From NCBI GenBank assembly GCA_001003605.1, contig LCPL01000005.1, forward strand, positions 1 through 63,197: a stretch of DNA of 63,197 nucleotides, in the 5' to 3' direction. Both the position numbers and the translations under genes were made by a program. Origin of the DNA: Parcubacteria group bacterium GW2011_GWC2_48_17 (lineage in GTDB: Bacteria > Patescibacteriota > Minisyncoccia > Phycocordibacterales > UBA10002). Shown here one piece after another: positions 36,080-45,772 of the stretch (positions are counted from its first letter, which is position 1; each line of letters begins with the position of its first letter). Under the pieces are notes generated by a model. It was not told the origin of the DNA and did no database searches. It saw nothing but the letters and a program-made list of their open reading frames with translations.

Positions 36080-37912
36080 ATGTGCGGCATTATTGGATAC
36101 GTCGGGAAAAAAGAGGCGCTGCCCATCATTCTCGATGGGCTTCATCGGCTTGAATATCGCGGATATGACAGCGCCGGAGTCGCCGTCCAAAGTAGCGTGG
36201 GGATAAAGACCGCTCGCGCGGTTGGCAAAGTTGCCGCGCTTGCCGAGCGATGTGAAGGGAAAAGCTTGGCGGGAACGGCAGGCATCGGCCACACGCGCTG
36301 GGCCACTCATGGCAAACCGTCTGAGAAGAACACTCATCCGCATACCGATTGCACCAAGTCTTTTTTTATCGCGCATAACGGCATCATAGAAAATTTCCAA
36401 GAACTCAAGGAACAATTATCAAAAATCGGACATACATTCAAGTCTGAAACGGATTCGGAAGTAATCGCGCACCTCATAGAAGACGCGTACAAAAAAACAC
36501 TGAACCTTGAGCAAGCGGTGCAATCTGCTCTACGAAAGCTCCGCGGGACATATGGGCTTGCGGTGATTTCAAGTTTGGAACCGGAAAGAATCATTGCCGC
36601 CCGCATGGGGTCTCCGATTGTGATTGGGTTTGGCGAGGGAGAAAACTTTGTTGCCTCCGATGCCTCCCCGCTTCTCTCTTACACGCGAACGATGCTCTAT
36701 CTTGAAGACGGCGAGATGGCGACCTTAACTCCGCAGGCGCATACGGTGCGTACGCTTAACGACAAAATTGTAATGAGGAGCGCCGAGATGATTGAGTGGG
36801 ACGCGAATAAAATACAAAAGGGCGGATTCTCGCATTTTACATTAAAGGAGATTATGGAGGGACCTAAGGTGATTGAAAATACTCTTCGCGGCCGACTTAT
36901 TGCCGAGGGTGGCCTCGCAAGGCTCGGGGGACTCCAAACTATCTCCGAAAAGCTCCGCACGGCGAAACGTATTATCATCATCGCGTGTGGCACCGCTTTT
37001 CACGCTGCGCAAGTCGGCGAATATATGCTGGAGGAATACGCTGGAATACCGGTAGAAGTGGAGTTTGCTTCGGAATTCAGGTATCGGAAGCCCATTATAA
37101 ATAGCGAAACCATCGTTATCGCCATCTCACAGTCTGGCGAGACCGCGGATACCCTTGAAGCTATACGTGAGGCGAAGCGAAAGGGCGCGACGGTACTCGG
37201 TATAGTAAATATCGTCGGTTCTACAATCGCGCGCGAAGTAGATGCCGGCGTCTACAACCATGCCGGACCGGAGGTGAGCGTTCTATCGACCAAAGCGTAC
37301 ATTTCACAGCTTGTGGTGCTTGCCCTGCTCACCATCCACATAGGGAGAGAGCGGCAGATGTCACTCTCCGTAGGGAGGCGAATAGCGAAAGAGCTTCAAG
37401 AACTTCCCAAGAAAATGGAAAAGATATTTGAAAGCGCGAAAAATATAAAAAGTCTCGCGAAAAAATACGCGAAGTACGAGCATATGCTCTATCTTGGACG
37501 AAAATATAATTTTGCGACCGCCTTTGAAGGCGCGCTTAAAGTGAAAGAAGCGTCATACATCCACGCAGAAGGGTGCGGCGCTGGAGAAATGAAGCATGGA
37601 TTTATCGCGATGATAGACAAGGAGTTTCCGACCGTTGCTATGGCGCTCCAAGATAGCGTGTATGATAAGATGCTGTCAAACATACAGGAGATTAAAGCGC
37701 GAAGCGGACGAGTCTTTGCGATAGCAACGGAGGGGGATAAAAAAGTGGCCAAATTCGCAGATGATGTGGTGTTCATTCCCCAAACGCTTGAAATGCTCTC
37801 CCCCATTCTCGCCGTGATTCCGCTACAACTCTTTGCGTATTATTTAACGCTTGAACGCAACCTCGATCCTGATAGGCCGAGGAACTTGGCGAAAAGCGTA
37901 ACGGTGGAATAG
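36080..37912 (+). CDS. glmS: glutamine--fructose-6-phosphate aminotransferase
   Basis: 610 aa with the N-terminal nucleophile MCGIIGY, two SIS domains and the C-terminal KSVTVE. Confidence 0.95.
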   Translation: MCGIIGYVGKKEALPIILDGLHRLEYRGYDSAGVAVQSSVGIKTARAVGKVAALAERCEGKSLAGTAGIGHTRWATHGKPSEKNTHPHTDCTKSFFIAHNGIIENFQELKEQLSKIGHTFKSETDSEVIAHLIEDAYKKTLNLEQAVQSALRKLRGTYGLAVISSLEPERIIAARMGSPIVIGFGEGENFVASDASPLLSYTRTMLYLEDGEMATLTPQAHTVRTLNDKIVMRSAEMIEWDANKIQKGGFSHFTLKEIMEGPKVIENTLRGRLIAEGGLARLGGLQTISEKLRTAKRIIIIACGTAFHAAQVGEYMLEEYAGIPVEVEFASEFRYRKPIINSETIVIAISQSGETADTLEAIREAKRKGATVLGIVNIVGSTIAREVDAGVYNHAGPEVSVLSTKAYISQLVVLALLTIHIGRERQMSLSVGRRIAKELQELPKKMEKIFESAKNIKSLAKKYAKYEHMLYLGRKYNFATAFEGALKVKEASYIHAEGCGAGEMKHGFIAMIDKEFPTVAMALQDSVYDKMLSNIQEIKARSGRVFAIATEGDKKVAKFADDVVFIPQTLEMLSPILAVIPLQLFAYYLTLERNLDPDRPRNLAKSVTVE

Positions 37913-37915
37913 CTT

Positions 37916-37998
37916 ATTAGCTATTTAGCTTACTAGCTTTCTAGATTAGTAGTCAGGATTTTCCTTAAAAGCTAAGAAGCTGATAAGCTAGAAAGCTC
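37916..37998. repeat. intercistronic word-repeat hairpin (TTAGCT / AAGCTA words)
   Basis: CTTATTAGCTATTTAGCTTACTAGCTTTCTAG - loop - AAAAGCTAAGAAGCTGATAAGCTAGAAAGCTC ends 5 nt before the tdh ATG. Confidence 0.75.
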
Positions 37999-38003
37999 AT
38001 ACT

Positions 38004-39218
38004 ATGCGCGCATTAGTATTTGATACAACTCTCGGCTCATGGGACGACACACGCGGTTTTGAATTGCAGGATGTCCCGGAGCCAGTGCTTGATGAGAAGA
38101 AGGACCCGACTGACGCTGACAAAGTGCTGTTAAGGGTGCATTACGCGGGCATCTGCGGAACCGACCGCGGCATTTGGAACCGCGCCGCGTTTCGGGACCA
38201 AATCCTCGGGAGCATCACAGCGGAAGGAAACACTCGGCGGATCTTGGGGCATGAATTCTTCGGCGAGGTTGTCGCACTTGGAAGTAAAGCGTCTGCATTA
38301 GCGCCATCCCCCTTAATAAGGGGGGTGCCGAGGTCTTCCGAGGAGGGGGTTGTTGCTCCGCTCAAAATCGGCGATTTTGCCGCACCCGAATCGCATGTTG
38401 TTTGCAACAAATGTTTCCAGTGCTTGCGTGGCGAGAAGCATGTCTGCACAAATGAAAAAATTCTAGGCATCTCGCATGACGGCGGCTTCGCCGAATTTGT
38501 AAAATTGCCAGCGCACATAATCTGGAAGACCGACACCTCAAAGATTCGGCCGGAGCTCGGAGCGATGCAAGAGCCGTTCGGCAACGCCGTGCATGCCGCG
38601 AGCAAAGTCCCGCTTCAGGGAAAAACAATCGCCATCTTCGGCCTCGGACCAATCGGCCTGTTCCTAATACTGGTGGCACGCGGTCTTGGCGCAACGACCA
38701 TCATTGGCGTTGAGCCGAATCCGATATCACAAGAAATGGCGAGGCGCCTCGGTATCGACTATATTATTCCTCTTTCTCCCCGACAGAAGGACACCGCTGC
38801 GCACCACCGCGATGAGGCCGTCATCAAGAAAATCGAAGAGCTGACGGAGGGCTTGGGAGTAGATGTATCCTTTGAAATGGCGGGATTCAATTCATCATTT
38901 AACAACTGCTTGTTTGCAACGCGCCGAGGAGGAGATATGATTGCTTTCGGTATTAAAATGGGCGACTTCGTGCTTGAAAACTATAACCGATTCATCATTC
39001 GAGGAATCACCATGCACGCGGTCATTGGGCGCCGACTTCCGGAAACATGGGAGATGACGCAGAGACTTTTCTCGGATACGAAAAATAAAATTCAGGAGAA
39101 TATATGGAACATCATTCTCGCGCAGGGTAAAGATACGATTCTTTCGCTTAAGGACTATACTAAAGAGCGATTCGAGGAGATGATGGCGAAGCACCCCAAA
39201 ATACTCATAGAGATATAA
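38004..39218 (+). CDS. tdh: L-threonine 3-dehydrogenase (Zn-dependent MDR family) with an internal insertion
   Basis: GICGTDRGIW, GHEFFGEVV, the structural-zinc Cys cluster CNKCFQCLRGEKHVC, and linkage to kbl. There are about 22 extra residues near 38290..38355. Confidence 0.8.
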   Translation: MRALVFDTTLGSWDDTRGFELQDVPEPVLDEKKDPTDADKVLLRVHYAGICGTDRGIWNRAAFRDQILGSITAEGNTRRILGHEFFGEVVALGSKASALAPSPLIRGVPRSSEEGVVAPLKIGDFAAPESHVVCNKCFQCLRGEKHVCTNEKILGISHDGGFAEFVKLPAHIIWKTDTSKIRPELGAMQEPFGNAVHAASKVPLQGKTIAIFGLGPIGLFLILVARGLGATTIIGVEPNPISQEMARRLGIDYIIPLSPRQKDTAAHHRDEAVIKKIEELTEGLGVDVSFEMAGFNSSFNNCLFATRRGGDMIAFGIKMGDFVLENYNRFIIRGITMHAVIGRRLPETWEMTQRLFSDTKNKIQENIWNIILAQGKDTILSLKDYTKERFEEMMAKHPKILIEI

Positions 39219-39320
39219 CATACGAAACAACGAATTATGCGAATATACGAATTTGCTACGAATAAGATTTCGGATTCGTAGCCATTCGTTGGTTTTTAAT
39301 TCGTATTTTCGTATATCACC
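39219..39320 (+). repeat. CGAATA/TTCGTA word-repeat element abutting the kbl start
   Basis: CATACGAAACAACGAATTATGCGAATATACGAATTT-GCTACGAAT-AAGATTTCGG-ATTCGTAGC-CATTCGTTGGTTTTTAATTCGTATTTTCGTATATCACC-ATG. Confidence 0.75.
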
Positions 39321-40565
39321 ATGTATTCAAACGAACTTAAAACCCAAATAGAAAAGGAACTCCAGGCCATGCGCGATGGGGGAATGTTCAAGGTGGAAAA
39401 GACTATTGAGGGACATCCAGGCACGGAGATAAAGGTTGACGGGAAAAAGCTCATAAACCTTTGCGCCAACAATTACCTCGGCGCCTCCCAGCAAAAGAAA
39501 GTTATAAAAGCCGCTCAAAAAGCATTGAAAGAATATTCGCTCGGCTTGAACAGCGTGCGCTTTATCGTCGGCACCACCGACCTGCACAAAAGACTTGAAG
39601 CGGCTATATCGAAGTTCTTCCAAACAGAAGACACTATATTGTATACTTCCTGTTTTGACGCGAACACTGGACTTTTTGAAGTCCTACTCACAGAGGAAGA
39701 CGCTATATTTTCCGATGAGCTGAATCATGCCTCCATCATTGACGGCGTGCGACTCTGTAAGGCCGAGCGTTTTCGTTTCGCTCACGGCAACATGGAGGAA
39801 CTTGAGAAACATCTCATTAAAGCAAAGGGCGCTCGGAGAAGACTTGTGGTTACTGATGGCGTCTTCTCCATGGATGGAGAAATAGCGAAGCTTGATGAAT
39901 TAAGGGCGCTTACGGATAAATATGACGCCATGCTCGTCGTGGACGATTCGCACGGAACTGGAGTACTCGGCAAGACCGGCCGCGGCAGTATTGAAGAAAA
40001 AGGAATCTTGGGCAAAGTAGATATACTTACCGGAACATTCGGAAAGGCGCTCGGCGGCGCTGGCGGCGGATTTACGACGGGACGCAAGGAAGTGATTGAT
40101 ATTCTTCGCCAGCGTAGCCGCACCTATCTCTTTTCAAACTCGCTTATGCCGGCCATTGCTGGAGCCGCGTTGTATGTAATAGAGCATTTCGATAAGGAGT
40201 TTTTGCCACTAAAGGAAAAGCTCACTGAAAACACAAAATATTTCAGAACAAAATTGGAAACATTGGGTTATACGTTGGGAGGTACTCCTTCTCTTTCTTC
40301 AGTTAAGGATGAAGGATTAAAGATTAAGGATTCTGCCTCCCACCCCATCACCCCCATCATGACCATGGATGAGCGAAAAACCATGGCGCTCGCGGATGAA
40401 CTTTTTAAGGAAGGCGTATATGTGCGGGGCTTCGCGTACCCCGTGGTGCCGAAAGGAAAAGGGAGAATCCGCGTGCAGATTTCCGCCGCACATACAAAGA
40501 AGCAGCTTGACGCAGCACTCGGGGCGCTGGAACGCGCAGGCAGGAAGCTGAAGATTATAAAATAA
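39321..40565 (+). CDS. kbl: 2-amino-3-ketobutyrate CoA ligase (glycine C-acetyltransferase) with an internal insertion
   Basis: Alpha-oxoamine synthase family with the PLP-lysine context GTFGKALGG and the C-terminal YPVVPKGKGRIRVQISAAH. There are about 16 extra residues near 40283..40337. Confidence 0.9.
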   Translation: MYSNELKTQIEKELQAMRDGGMFKVEKTIEGHPGTEIKVDGKKLINLCANNYLGASQQKKVIKAAQKALKEYSLGLNSVRFIVGTTDLHKRLEAAISKFFQTEDTILYTSCFDANTGLFEVLLTEEDAIFSDELNHASIIDGVRLCKAERFRFAHGNMEELEKHLIKAKGARRRLVVTDGVFSMDGEIAKLDELRALTDKYDAMLVVDDSHGTGVLGKTGRGSIEEKGILGKVDILTGTFGKALGGAGGGFTTGRKEVIDILRQRSRTYLFSNSLMPAIAGAALYVIEHFDKEFLPLKEKLTENTKYFRTKLETLGYTLGGTPSLSSVKDEGLKIKDSASHPITPIMTMDERKTMALADELFKEGVYVRGFAYPVVPKGKGRIRVQISAAHTKKQLDAALGALERAGRKLKIIK

Positions 40566-40574
40566 GGAGGGACA

Positions 40575-40646
40575 AGAGCTGTTTAGCTTATTAGCTTGTT
40601 AGAAAAGATGGGCTAGGAAGCTAGTGGGCTAGGAAGCTAAAAAGCT
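40575..40646. repeat. intercistronic word-repeat hairpin (TTAGCT / AAGCTA words)
   Basis: GCTGTTTAGCTTATTAGCTTGTTAG - loop - GGCTAGGAAGCTAGTGGGCTAGGAAGCTAAAAAGCT ends at the yvcK ATG. Confidence 0.75.
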
Positions 40647-41636
40647 ATGAAAACTGTTGTTATCATCGGCGGCGGCACCGCGACTTTTACTCTACTGAAG
40701 GGACTTCGACAGTTCCCAACTAATAATATCGTCATCGTCTCTACTGCTGACGATGGGGGTTCGACTGGTATTCTAAGAAAAGAGCTTGGCGTGATGCCTA
40801 TGGGGGACATCAGGCAGTGTCTCATCGGCCTTTCATACACCGTACCGGCGCTTCAGAAGCTTTTCACATACCGCTTCGAAAGTAGCTCACTTAAGGGGCA
40901 TAGTGTTGGTAATATCTTGCTTGCCGCACTTGAAAAAGTGACGGGAAGTCCTGAAGGAGCAATCGCCGAAGCTGCTCGCCTTCTCAATGTGCGAGGCGAG
41001 GTGCTTTTTGTTTCAAAACAACCGACCACGCTTTCGGCAAAGCTTTCCGACGGCACGCTTATCAAAAGCGAGCATGAGCTCGATGAACCGGTGACAAAAA
41101 AGCGCGCGCCTATCGCGAAACTCATGCTCTCAAAGGCTGACGCGAATCCGCGTACCATCGATGCAATCGCAAGGGCCGACGCAATCATTCTCGGACCAGG
41201 AGATCTCTATACCTCCACTTTCCCCAATCTCCTCGTACCCGGCGTTGCTGAAGCGATCAAGACATCAAGGGCGAGGAAGGTGCTTATCACCAATATCATG
41301 ACCAAACTCGGTCAGACCGATGGATTTACCGCCTCCGATTTTGTGCGCGAAGCGAATATGTATCTGGGGGCGGACAAAGGAGTGTCGGTCATCGATACGG
41401 TCATTGTCAATACTAAAAAACCCTCGTCGGAAGCGCTTGTACTGTATAAAAAGGAAAAATCGTCGTTCGTCGAACTTGATAGTGATGCCCTTAAAAAGAT
41501 TGGTGTAGATGTTATTTCGGATGCAGTTATCTCAAATCAAATCCATAAAAAGCAAAATGGGGACATCCTAAAGCGAAGTATTGTCCGGCACGACCCTCTA
41601 AAAACCGCGGAGATTATTTGGAAGCTGATAAAGTAG
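40647..41636 (+). CDS. yvcK: YvcK/CofD-like gluconeogenesis factor family protein
   Basis: N-terminal VVIIGGGTATFTLLKGL and LGPGDLYTSTFPNLLV motifs. Confidence 0.8.
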   Translation: MKTVVIIGGGTATFTLLKGLRQFPTNNIVIVSTADDGGSTGILRKELGVMPMGDIRQCLIGLSYTVPALQKLFTYRFESSSLKGHSVGNILLAALEKVTGSPEGAIAEAARLLNVRGEVLFVSKQPTTLSAKLSDGTLIKSEHELDEPVTKKRAPIAKLMLSKADANPRTIDAIARADAIILGPGDLYTSTFPNLLVPGVAEAIKTSRARKVLITNIMTKLGQTDGFTASDFVREANMYLGADKGVSVIDTVIVNTKKPSSEALVLYKKEKSSFVELDSDALKKIGVDVISDAVISNQIHKKQNGDILKRSIVRHDPLKTAEIIWKLIK

Positions 41637-41713
41637 TGTAACGCAAAACGTATATCGCAAAGCGTAAAGTTATTGTAATTCGCATCTGACGTTACACGAT
41701 ATACGCTACACGT
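41637..41713. repeat. intercistronic word-repeat hairpin (GTGTAACG / CGTTACAC words)
   Basis: GTGTAACGCAAAACGTATATCGC - loop - GACGTTACACGATATACGCTACACG. Confidence 0.7.
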
Positions 41714-41723
41714 TCTATATGTC

Positions 41724-42068
41724 ATGAGGATACAGAAAGAAACAAGGCAGGAGAAATACGCGATACGGTTGTCCATGACGGATGGTGGTGAGGAGTTGGG
41801 GGCGCTTTATCTGTACCTCATACGAAACGACTCACATAAAGAACCGTACGGACTTATTGAAGACCTTTTTGTGAAAGAAGCGTACAGAAAAAGGGGTGTG
41901 GGCAGCGCTCTAGTTAAGGAGGCAATCAGGGAAGCGAAACGGCTTGGCTCCTACAAAGTTATCGGCACGAGCCGCCTCTCCCGCGAAGAAGTGCATCGCT
42001 TCTACAAAAAACTTGGGCTAAAAAAATATGGTTTTGAATTCCGCATAGACTTGTTAAAACTAAAATGA
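41724..42068 (+). CDS. GNAT family N-acetyltransferase
   Basis: 114 aa with acetyl-CoA binding motif A RKRGVGSALVKEAIREAKRLG. Confidence 0.8.
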   Translation: MRIQKETRQEKYAIRLSMTDGGEELGALYLYLIRNDSHKEPYGLIEDLFVKEAYRKRGVGSALVKEAIREAKRLGSYKVIGTSRLSREEVHRFYKKLGLKKYGFEFRIDLLKLK

Positions 42069-42080
42069 GAGATATTTCAT

Positions 42081-42108
42081 CTCTACTATACTACAAAGTA
42101 TAGTAGAG
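42081..42108. terminator. perfect 12-bp hairpin between convergent genes
   Basis: CTCTACTATACT-ACAA-AGTATAGTAGAG. Confidence 0.6.
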
Positions 42109-42169
42109 ATTATAGCTGTTTCACTTCTCCCTTTCCTAAATGGAGTGATAAGTCGTAGTATGTGACAAA

Positions 42170-42976
42170 TTACGACTTATCGAGTGATTTCTGTATCGCC
42201 TCAAAGAATTGGGAGTGGAGATGAGTGTTGGTACTTAACATCTTTTCAGGCGCGGAAAGTGTATAAGGATTTCCTTCAAAATCAGAGATTTTTGCACCTG
42301 CTTCCGAGGCGATAAGAATGCCCGCCGCAATGTCCCACGCGTGGACTCCCGTAACAACATAAAAATCTAGTTTTCCCTCGGCGAGAAAACAGAGTTGCAT
42401 AGCAGAGCTTCCCAGTACTCGTATTTTTCCGATATTCGGAATAAGTTTTGCAAAAAGTTCACTGGCCTCTTTTCGAGTCCCCCATCCAAGCGCCCCGAAA
42501 GAGAGATTGAAATCAGAAACTTTGGAAACAGTGATTGGTTTTCCACTTTTGAATGCGCCTATGCCTCTTACCGCGTGGAACAGCTCACCTGTTTGTGGAT
42601 TTGAAATGACTCCCACAAGCGGACCGGTTTTATCCGCAAGACCAATAGAAATACAGCAAAAAGGGATGCCGTGAATGTAAAGTGAGGTTCCGTCAATGGG
42701 GTCAAGGTACCATGTATACGTTTCCGAAACGGGTGCGTTTGGAGAAAACTCTTCTCCGACAATACCATGATGAGGAAATTGTCGTTTGATCTCCGCGACG
42801 ATAAGCTGCTCAATTTCTCTGTCCACGTCGGTCACCCAATTGCGTGGATTGTTGCCTTTTGCATGTACCTCTCCTGGATTGCCAAAATATCTCTTAAAAA
42901 TCGGCTCAGCTTTCTTAACCGCTTCAAGCGCCACATCCAAAAACTTCTTTGTATCATCTATCATAGTGAGTACCAT
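42170..42976 (-). CDS. inositol monophosphatase family protein (SuhB/CysQ-like)
   Basis: Motifs VGEE and WYLDPIDGT, and C-terminal WDIAAG. The start is uncertain (ATG at 42976, 42964 or 43015). Confidence 0.8.
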   Translation of the reverse strand: MVLTMIDDTKKFLDVALEAVKKAEPIFKRYFGNPGEVHAKGNNPRNWVTDVDREIEQLIVAEIKRQFPHHGIVGEEFSPNAPVSETYTWYLDPIDGTSLYIHGIPFCCISIGLADKTGPLVGVISNPQTGELFHAVRGIGAFKSGKPITVSKVSDFNLSFGALGWGTRKEASELFAKLIPNIGKIRVLGSSAMQLCFLAEGKLDFYVVTGVHAWDIAAGILIASEAGAKISDFEGNPYTLSAPEKMLSTNTHLHSQFFEAIQKSLDKS

Positions 42977-43026
42977 ACTATCACCAGCAGTTATTCTCGC
43001 AAAATGGTGATACACTCTTAAACATT

Positions 43027-45225
43027 ATGCAGCTTGCCGCACTAATCGAAACTATTTTTCGAATAACGGAATCGCAGCGAAAAGCGCTTCATAAATTCCG
43101 CATAAAAACGATTGAGGATTTGCTGTATCACTTCCCTTCCCGCTATGGTGATGTCGCTGAAGTGCGAAATATTGAAAATCTTCAGAAAGGAGAAACAGCC
43201 GTCGTGTTCGGACGAATCTCAAACCTAAAAGCGACTAAAGCATTTAGAAAAAAGATACCGATGGGTACGGGCGAGCTTCACGACGATACTGGGAAGATAC
43301 AGATAGTATGGTTCAATCAGCCCTATCTTGCCAAAATGATTCCGGAAGACGCTCTTGTTCGCGTCGAAGGAAAAGTATCGGAGCGACGAAAGAGTGGCAC
43401 GCTCTATTTCAGCAACCCAAAGATTGAAAAAGTTGAAACTATTCCGCATGAGGTCGGCAATTCTCTTTTTCGTAAGAGTCAGACTCTCTCCGCCGAGAGT
43501 CTGACTCTTACACCAGAAAATCATGCTCTCCACTCCGTGTACTCCGAATCGCGGGGAATTACTTCAAACTGGTTTTATCATGCAGTCCAAAAAATCCTTA
43601 AAACCGGCGTACTTGAAACCTTGACCGACCCGCTACCGCAGGAAATTCTCAAGAAGTATCACCTCCCCTCGTTCAAAACCGCACTGATTTGGATTCACGC
43701 GCCGCAAAAAGAGTCGGACGCCGTTGCGGCGCGAAAACGCTTTTCGTTTGAAGAGGTATTTTTAATCCAACTTGAAAAACAAAAAGAAAGGCGGCTGTGG
43801 CAGAAAGAAAAATCATTTACCATTGAAAAGGGCGAGGAACATATTGCACGCTTTACGAAACGTTTTCCTTTTTCGTTTACCAATGCTCAAAACAAGGCTG
43901 TCAGCGGAATTCTTGAGGACTTTAGAAAAGGCGTCCCTATGGCGAGGATTCTCGAGGGTGATGTGGGAAGCGGCAAGACCGCCGTTGCGGCTACTACCTC
44001 CTATGCTGTAGTCACAAGCCGTCCCCAAGGACAGTCCTATGGAACATTGCAAGTTGCATATATGTGCCCTACCGAGATTCTTGCGAAACAGCAGTTTGAA
44101 AACTTCATCTCCTTTTTTTCTCATCTCCCTATCAACATTGGCCTCATTACCTCTTCCGGCTGCAGAAAATTCCCCTCCAAAGTAAATCCACACGGCGCAA
44201 CGGATATTTCCAAATCACAACTCCTCAAGTGGGTGCAAAACGGCGAGATACCGATTCTAGTCGGGACGCACGCGCTTATTCAAAAAGTCGTGAAGTTCAA
44301 ACATCTTGCCTATGCCATCATTGATGAACAGCACCGGTTTGGGGTCGCTCAAAGAAAAGCGTTGGTACATAAAGAAAAAATTGTACCTCACCTCTTAAGT
44401 ATGACCGCGACCCCTATTCCACGAACCCTCGCGCTCACAATGTACGGCGATTTGGATTTAACGATTCTTGATGAGCTACCGCCAGGGAGAAAACCGATTA
44501 TCACCGAATTAATAGCACCCAAGGATCGAGACACGACGTATGAGAAGATACGCAAGGAATTACAGACTGGCCGCCAGTGCTACATCATCACGCCTCGAAT
44601 TGACGAGCCGGACCCTGATAAGGAATTCGCAGTTCAAGCACGGTCGGCAAAAGCGGAGGCAAAACGGCTCAAAGAAAGAGTCTTCCCTGAATTTGAGATT
44701 GGCGTGATGCACGGCAAGCTCAAAGATGCCGAGAAAGAATCGGTGATGGAAGACTTTAAGGACGGCAAAATAAGCATCCTTGTTTCAACATCAGTCGTCG
44801 AGGTCGGCGTTAATATAGAAAACGCGACCGTCATTGTCATTGAAGGCGCCGAGCGTTTCGGGCTCGCGCAACTCCATCAACTGCGCGGCAGAGTGCTTCG
44901 CAGTACCCACCAAGCGTACTGTTATGTCTTCACGGAGTCTGGCGGAAAAAAAGTCTTGGAGCGCTTACGAGCTTTGCAGGAAGCAAAAAACGGTTTTGAA
45001 CTCGCAGAGTACGACCTCAAATTCCGCGGCGCGGGCAAACTCTCCGGCAGAGAGCAGTGGGGAGTTTCAGATGTCGCGATGGAAGCCCTCCAGAATCTTA
45101 AAATGGTAGAAGCCGCCCGTTTTGAAGCGAAGCGGCTTCTAGAAGAAGATGCGACTCTTTCACAGTATCCCTTTCTTATTGAACATCTCGCTTCACGTAA
45201 AAAAGAAGAGATTCATTTTGAGTAA
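43027..45225 (+). CDS. recG: ATP-dependent DNA helicase RecG
   Basis: 732 aa with an N-terminal wedge/OB domain, Walker A GDVGSGKT, DEQHRFGV and the conserved C-terminal helicase motifs. Confidence 0.9.
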   Translation: MQLAALIETIFRITESQRKALHKFRIKTIEDLLYHFPSRYGDVAEVRNIENLQKGETAVVFGRISNLKATKAFRKKIPMGTGELHDDTGKIQIVWFNQPYLAKMIPEDALVRVEGKVSERRKSGTLYFSNPKIEKVETIPHEVGNSLFRKSQTLSAESLTLTPENHALHSVYSESRGITSNWFYHAVQKILKTGVLETLTDPLPQEILKKYHLPSFKTALIWIHAPQKESDAVAARKRFSFEEVFLIQLEKQKERRLWQKEKSFTIEKGEEHIARFTKRFPFSFTNAQNKAVSGILEDFRKGVPMARILEGDVGSGKTAVAATTSYAVVTSRPQGQSYGTLQVAYMCPTEILAKQQFENFISFFSHLPINIGLITSSGCRKFPSKVNPHGATDISKSQLLKWVQNGEIPILVGTHALIQKVVKFKHLAYAIIDEQHRFGVAQRKALVHKEKIVPHLLSMTATPIPRTLALTMYGDLDLTILDELPPGRKPIITELIAPKDRDTTYEKIRKELQTGRQCYIITPRIDEPDPDKEFAVQARSAKAEAKRLKERVFPEFEIGVMHGKLKDAEKESVMEDFKDGKISILVSTSVVEVGVNIENATVIVIEGAERFGLAQLHQLRGRVLRSTHQAYCYVFTESGGKKVLERLRALQEAKNGFELAEYDLKFRGAGKLSGREQWGVSDVAMEALQNLKMVEAARFEAKRLLEEDATLSQYPFLIEHLASRKKEEIHFE

Positions 45226-45226
45226 A

Positions 45227-45484
45227 TCAGGAGTAGATGTCGTGGTCGCCGATCTCATGAAAAGTTACCATCTGGTTTTCTCCAAACTCGAAGGTGATTC
45301 TGATTTTTCTGGTAACGAAAAACGCCCACAGGTCAGATAATCTCCCGTGCAACTTATGCGTTTCCAACCGTGCGTCAAAGGGATTCTGACGAAATATATG
45401 TTCTCTCACCTCCGCGCGTTGTTGAATATCGCGCTCAAGTTTTCGGTAGAGCCGCCGAAAAGTCGGGGAGTAGATAATCTGCAT
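45227..45484 (-). CDS. RelE/YafQ-type toxin (mRNA interferase family)
   Basis: 85 aa with HKLHGRLSDLWAF...RITFEF...FHEIGDHDIYS, typical of the family. Confidence 0.7.
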   Translation of the reverse strand: MQIIYSPTFRRLYRKLERDIQQRAEVREHIFRQNPFDARLETHKLHGRLSDLWAFFVTRKIRITFEFGENQMVTFHEIGDHDIYS

Positions 45485-45489
45485 ACTGG

Positions 45490-45729
45490 CTAACGCAAAT
45501 CTTTAAGTGATCGAAGAACTCTGCCTTTTCCAGCAGCAATTTCGGCTCGGCTTTTTTCCACAGTTCGCATCAACTGCTCCGTATTCCACACACGAATCAA
45601 ATGGCGCATGAACTCGCTCGTGGAAGCAAACTTCCCCGCCTTCACTCCGCGCCTAATGTCTACCACCATCTCTTTCGGCAGTGATATGTTTACGATGTTT
45701 CGCATATGCTCATATTTTAGTTGTAACAA
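45490..45729 (-). CDS. ribbon-helix-helix antitoxin
   Basis: 79 aa. NISLPKEMVVDIRRGVKAGKFASTSEFMRHLIR is a CopG/RHH pattern. It lies directly upstream of the toxin. Confidence 0.65.
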   Translation of the reverse strand: MLQLKYEHMRNIVNISLPKEMVVDIRRGVKAGKFASTSEFMRHLIRVWNTEQLMRTVEKSRAEIAAGKGRVLRSLKDLR

Positions 45730-45772
45730 TCTGTATTACAGAGTATAGCAAGTGCTACCTTCGCCGTCAAGC

